DNA of 64,000 nt from a virus, in the IMG/VR virus record IMGVR_UViG_3300021197_000868, positions 1 through 64,000 of that record; one strand, written 5' to 3'. The notes under the pieces were generated by a model. It ran no database searches, was not told the DNA's origin, and saw only the letters and a list, made by a program, of their open reading frames with translations. Each line of letters opens with the position of its first letter. Position 1 is the stretch's first letter. Made by a program: the position numbers and the translations under genes. Shown piece by piece: positions 62,501 to 64,000 of the stretch.

Positions 62501-64000
62501 TTTAGTGGGGTTACCATTGACGTTAATGACGGGACCAAGAATGACTACAGTGATAAATATACACACGCATATGCAAATGGCCCCAACGGTGTTGCTGGTA
62601 TACAAAACGCAAATGAGACACTGTCATCGTTTTCTTTACTAGACTGTAACGCTATCTTGGCCTTCTTCCCCGGTACTGCTTTATTAAACCAGCATCGAGG
62701 TAGTCTCAATCCACCCTTCTTTAACAAAGACAACGTGCTTAGCCCTGATTTGAAAGCAGGGAGTCAGGGAGTAAATGATAAACATCCCACTGGTACTGTG
62801 TATAGTAGTGGTGTTCATCTTCAAGTTCCTTCTCCATTAGTTCTACGTTTCGCTCATCCAACTGCTCGTTACAGCGACCATGTAACGGCCACTGAAAACA
62901 AAACCACCTACTTAATTTATGGACCCGGTCAAGCATTCCCATATACTCAAGAAGTTTCTACTCCTGTAAATACGTTTGAGCCTCATCCGGGTAGAGCAAT
63001 AACAGTAGGAAATGGATGGTCTGCTGTGCCTTACACTAGTGGTAATGCTTCCTTTATGCCTAACCATATCGCTAATCATGATGGTTTTTATTTCCCTGAA
63101 AGTTCAACCTATCAATTAGGAAAACATCGCTTCCATTGGCGGCAAACCCTAAACTGGGAACCGCCTCAAGGTAGGCCAAATGTAGCAATTCTAAAGCAAA
63201 GACCTGAATCAGGTCGTATGTATGGTGAAATGTTTAACTTAGGTGTAACTAACTTAACCGATACTGAAGTTCACGAATATAGAAAGGCTCACCCTATGAG
63301 ACATGCTGTGTTTATGGGAGGCTCTATGGCGAGCAACTCAGAGTGGTGTTTCCATATGGATGGTGGGTATCATCCCGGTGGTACTTGGTTAGATAATCAG
63401 ATTACTTTCAACCCACCTCATCCTAGTAATAATAGCAGGGTCGCCAAACTCTCCGGGAATGAATTACACCCTACTGCATTCCGTGTCGCTGGTCCTTTAA
63501 CGACTAAAGTTCTCTACGGTGCTTCAGGCGGTGCTTTTGAGGCTCAAACTTTAACGACATCAGATGTTAACATGGAATACATAGTAGTAGATGGCACTAG
63601 ATGTCAAAATGGTGAAGAGTTAGCCTGTGTATTAGGTGCTGCTATAAACACGTTCCCCGGGGGTGGAGCACTCAAATCTATGGGTGGTACATTCATGCCG
63701 AGTATGGGTAATGCTATGCGTCAAGACCGTTATGGTTGGAGAGAGATAGATGACTCTAAGATTGTGTCTTATCAAAACTCAAACAATGACTTACATGATT
63801 GCTTTATAGTCTTGAACATGGGTACTACTGAAAGCGATGCAAGAAACATACCTGAAACGGGTTGGTTGCGTACCAGCAACAGTTTTGCTACAGGTTTAGT
63901 AGCGCAAAATACTCCAGCATTTGCTCCTTATCACTCTAGGATTGTATACCTAAACGGCTCAGACTACTATGTTAAGTTCTTCATAGGGCGTAATAGAATA
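53585..64000 (+). CDS. Giant tail/adhesin protein (>3,472 aa, truncated) with an N-terminal LamG/ConA-like domain; not in the ORF track
   Basis: GAGGTGA RBS, ATG 53585; ALFFDG...IEAWVTP...HIVA...LHINGEL...YIGG...FRGVIESVHI...LFRFEE; same frame is open at the window end (DYYVKFFIGRNRI) and the track lists no stop-terminated ORF in this frame. Confidence 0.85.
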   Translation, partial: MPIMLQSNHALFFDGVSDGVIIPQGVFSKLGRDNSDGERNASDIISESSQGARVNSVISDALGKEIAIEAWVTPDCGGVILQKSSQFCLKLGNVDTPGPASFEVNLQTDNGFRKVIISTAREISNGYNGTVYPSTTNNGFEDSFNRFVGSKDDATNLNINQRPLIHIVASMSKGVVSLHINGELMAEETVGRCFLPESDDHVYIGGTGGEFRGVIESVHISSVFSNEMTTRNAALVNNNTLALFRFEEPIEPIEGIYDISSISSASNLSAINVSTSDAALLASKLTGKTITSGTIDFTATPYSSGNYSVVDYKTVPGTKNIRAIPHVPYNLLINPGSINRDTQKPNQSPPERVRLHNINVSTGAILVSSIHLDFDGSTNGDGLRPVLHSRSSGTGDDYFVVVSADLLLDNGSGKPYQPPHLASQLIDRTGQMVLDEGHFEQHGIVFSSRMATTTNDTNNPFAVTWPTTLDESFQIGHSGRHILNHVTGHHYLRNMPRASEENLDQQFGNADIVELIYDGAAQGIEKQFPINSKIDYYRDIAQSRIVDITSSSTVSDSVDNGLADPSRKLIAIGGESFNPMPFALKGPLPLSIDDADDNIRKHHLRPSKTSRVAILEVDLSSYNLASYVEIHYNAIDFTGVSMGKTTPMLMVEKTVPASNHLLTGTTYVIDAIEASLASGKTLHAPGGIIEISAPVQGDLATASFTHSLVGDNSEGFESDSELDERYTPQNYTTMTTEPRRPPQNIAASHTSKESHESVFHHLIIEANNAGKFSTSPRPSASTSSGAAGEFDIAVAASAGPVHEMFDIIDNHATTTPGVQQRIYVQPSDRSRTAQLRHVKAVADNGNDSHFASIMYLMTRGKLRSVIEEEGEDGAERFTTVKCVGINAAIINRNVDEIGSGSPDSHVVKEIDPNAPVVTVTLGGVGQGAYDTNPSFDPSTLSRLPYNTRFGFSCHAVSVRTDRDTTAADRIQFIEVRALNNGADDLKSWGTYPFPKKGRLFLRSGASAEYSNKNGVAFFFEDSDVGSGRFVLSDGSEVANFYEWVGSTGLSSTAGAVSSNSIVNASIGEVILGDGNFYVENATADGSTVNDRMFQSMDTVTHDYQLGTQFASTRALVEIPLFNQQFFKDIPNGILPGPDNSLKLHLDPTMTAHTWNPSPVGRRYQEVSPGDRSAHSAYAYSLSQNNHTRSASIQGEALLDTSPTPDVYKLYVSNPEIFPAADIGSSGKSYFYVDEVQRHQRAFLPNGEWIIYNNDPSSDGFIQFEDALYAHSEKFLETHEAGMQLLVGGGYQSESLIPLVGSFLNPSSSIERRSEYYHDSASVKTQGGNVDYGLRQYVSAVEFKAGPTTNPHAARIQSGRARGQIIGVEPIMNGTTFTGLVVLSLSDEDIVSFPNIQPNIDSNGNIVYETGDYHYLLEIKSPNGDTRRFIYWGDATATFAHLSSTPTSPNDFRSSIIVEDIFNKGSTLPDYYNKTHASYILDQEALLVKRGFMFGFDHDKDSSALEKTLNISDTFRPPTARHPWTIKASPTVTTTALTTTNTTSERLLQADTNSLNVQKDDYVYAEIETISGSTIDSVKFLGKVTVIADGHAQGTPSSDTVLTLDGSMTSAVATAVNSALGDAAKKVYLRVGCHDIMRNDDEAILNRTWVFPYAPGGFRKGDTIWANMTYNNPHAVEGLFAKSRGVFNEALVWKGFNGGLGTMQDEARDSIPLENFLIGNTCRETAENYLQHVNKTIEENYINLLGDNPNAPIVAYLDPTLKGDNHARVLLYDCAHDREFIAFQDLQMQVQTSPKVAEIGFQRHTTGYNLATGGDQIDLVTHNIKYNGGSQNAFMTQIDVANGFPSQNKYVRPTMRSRFMESAYAHDIANNYSASSMQSPVSGIVTSLVTFYPNGAGANGKEGGTGYSPASGLATTTTGSGSGLTVNITSAGGGGTNQGILQIPVINAAGTGYAHDDVITVTQSGASGGKYRVRISPAGIPTNLTASNRLTQYGKGHGHFVHTGYHTGGSFSERAIGDSILPRTQDAVVLPYWANELHKYSRKTRSSLDDFVTKLTIHREAKTGASIRDPSTLFDTPDGTRVIPAFLALRGIRSSSLDLSNMRENRLQHLKHWTDMDFTRRLTIDCGQVGTRDGVTDVEAAAREVVRIINQAGAKNARTNSVNDETGSAHDPAVWWDVDKALDTQDSGSHMGYLRAHLGRVVQDINGNQGYSIIIHSTVPGATGRNFCVWLDNARGQSTYQPEFLIGHGGRFRTFWCQPEEISGENMHPAPMPLNKHGRPFAPITSLRQYTLPDETGTQIKSSNDFAQRGDEESDPINRAISMTTGSGQSHNTVNTESLEVEGYATSFTEGLRVGTQAVARVNLGGLVAAGVPGFAPDAGTWGFGRKSDKRFTKKYGDIAKTQSSATLPTRYSNYIPSNQVTHDSIGNTPLYGFEFKDHLGNRHGIRIVYRSIDEAFTLDETQLPDTLEDEIIIYIDDRDVGQGGFTIGHHMHGLGDATGRFDPNPSNADLIGWRGNRWNGIPSVNAAYDVDVHYSSNTIRVQMRAPYDSCPHPDVLGYMGFPLKNGLIQISDPFNHADAKGTFGHVYSYTHRDVVSGIHYFYGVQGDDFNASQGQAAGVSTVVTTPTDFGNSATSVYIRGLISSCLNWTTLLTDEVLAAAITATINLSNPNVQEGTPFDCREFFAADGRTLGEWGVESDAIRIRAFNTNRNIRPISNFFTASIHRDMSIQAAHIEHGDIEKVEHDGTLGSSNRSATDAQIDAGLRAECGYIPHTIIQIISKGRGSNANTTTPILVDSSNEAVNTDTWSKNLNGARFTAYSGDHILPMVNNPTLEINEITATDVILDSGNELWHFVRPAGAEGAAVTDGGGASITKLASFGSKSLFSYRQDTAFVTSENGANSQTKLDIITKSDDFGTVGSGAADVAQRFADHRCFTTAGVRVLGSLHSTPQVFFRGGRDSSDHWVPLFFGGGFSGVTIDVNDGTKNDYSDKYTHAYANGPNGVAGIQNANETLSSFSLLDCNAILAFFPGTALLNQHRGSLNPPFFNKDNVLSPDLKAGSQGVNDKHPTGTVYSSGVHLQVPSPLVLRFAHPTARYSDHVTATENKTTYLIYGPGQAFPYTQEVSTPVNTFEPHPGRAITVGNGWSAVPYTSGNASFMPNHIANHDGFYFPESSTYQLGKHRFHWRQTLNWEPPQGRPNVAILKQRPESGRMYGEMFNLGVTNLTDTEVHEYRKAHPMRHAVFMGGSMASNSEWCFHMDGGYHPGGTWLDNQITFNPPHPSNNSRVAKLSGNELHPTAFRVAGPLTTKVLYGASGGAFEAQTLTTSDVNMEYIVVDGTRCQNGEELACVLGAAINTFPGGGALKSMGGTFMPSMGNAMRQDRYGWREIDDSKIVSYQNSNNDLHDCFIVLNMGTTESDARNIPETGWLRTSNSFATGLVAQNTPAFAPYHSRIVYLNGSDYYVKFFIGRNRI

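Larger units (their letters stand above)
1..64000. mobile_element. Tailed archaeal virus genome segment (Caudoviricetes, probably a magrovirus infecting Marine Group II/Poseidoniales)
   Basis: Complete head-tail module (TerL, portal, HK97 protease, MCP, tail tube, TMP); archaeal-type RBS (GGTGA/GAGGTG) and TATA spacing; no host housekeeping genes or integrase in the window. Host assignment is inferred. Confidence 0.8.

Noticed and set aside
54238-62942. Short track ORFs within 54-63 kb
   Set aside because: They are antisense or off-frame shadows of the giant open frame starting at 53585.

Overview
A 64-kb piece of a tailed (Caudoviricetes, HK97-fold, siphovirus-like) virus genome that most likely infects archaea. 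GGTGA/GGAGG ribosome-binding sites, TATA-like boxes about 25 nt before leaderless starts, oligo-T terminators and the gene content best fit a magrovirus (Marine Group II / Poseidoniales virus); this host call is inference. Layout: (1) 1-8.5 kb, minus-strand early arm of small, often Zn-binding ORFs plus an ArdC-like protein and a SMARCAL1/HARP-like SNF2 helicase, punctuated by six identical 16-bp promoter-like boxes. (2) 7.1-9.1 kb, a divergent control region with GC-rich hairpins, iteron-like hexamers and inverted repeats. (3) 9.1-18.2 kb, an accessory cluster of proteins and polyproteins sharing a 12-13 aa tag (AFxxAWxLLK / EPMDxAMxLLK) and carrying peptidase, GNAT, kinase and HNH-like domains, plus an HMG-CoA lyase. 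(4) 18.3-22 kb, a membrane-protein module with a Ras/Arf-like small GTPase. (5) 22.3-64 kb, morphogenesis: terminase, portal, a giant protein with a degenerate ligase domain, prohead protease/scaffold, major capsid protein, neck, tail tube, chaperones, a short tape measure, and a >3,470-aa tail protein that runs off the window and is absent from the ORF track. The best candidate for an undescribed system is the repeated Lys-ending peptide tag. It looks like a capsid-targeting and maturation-cleavage signal that would load protein-modifying enzymes into the virion. All calls are from motif reading only; no searches were run.
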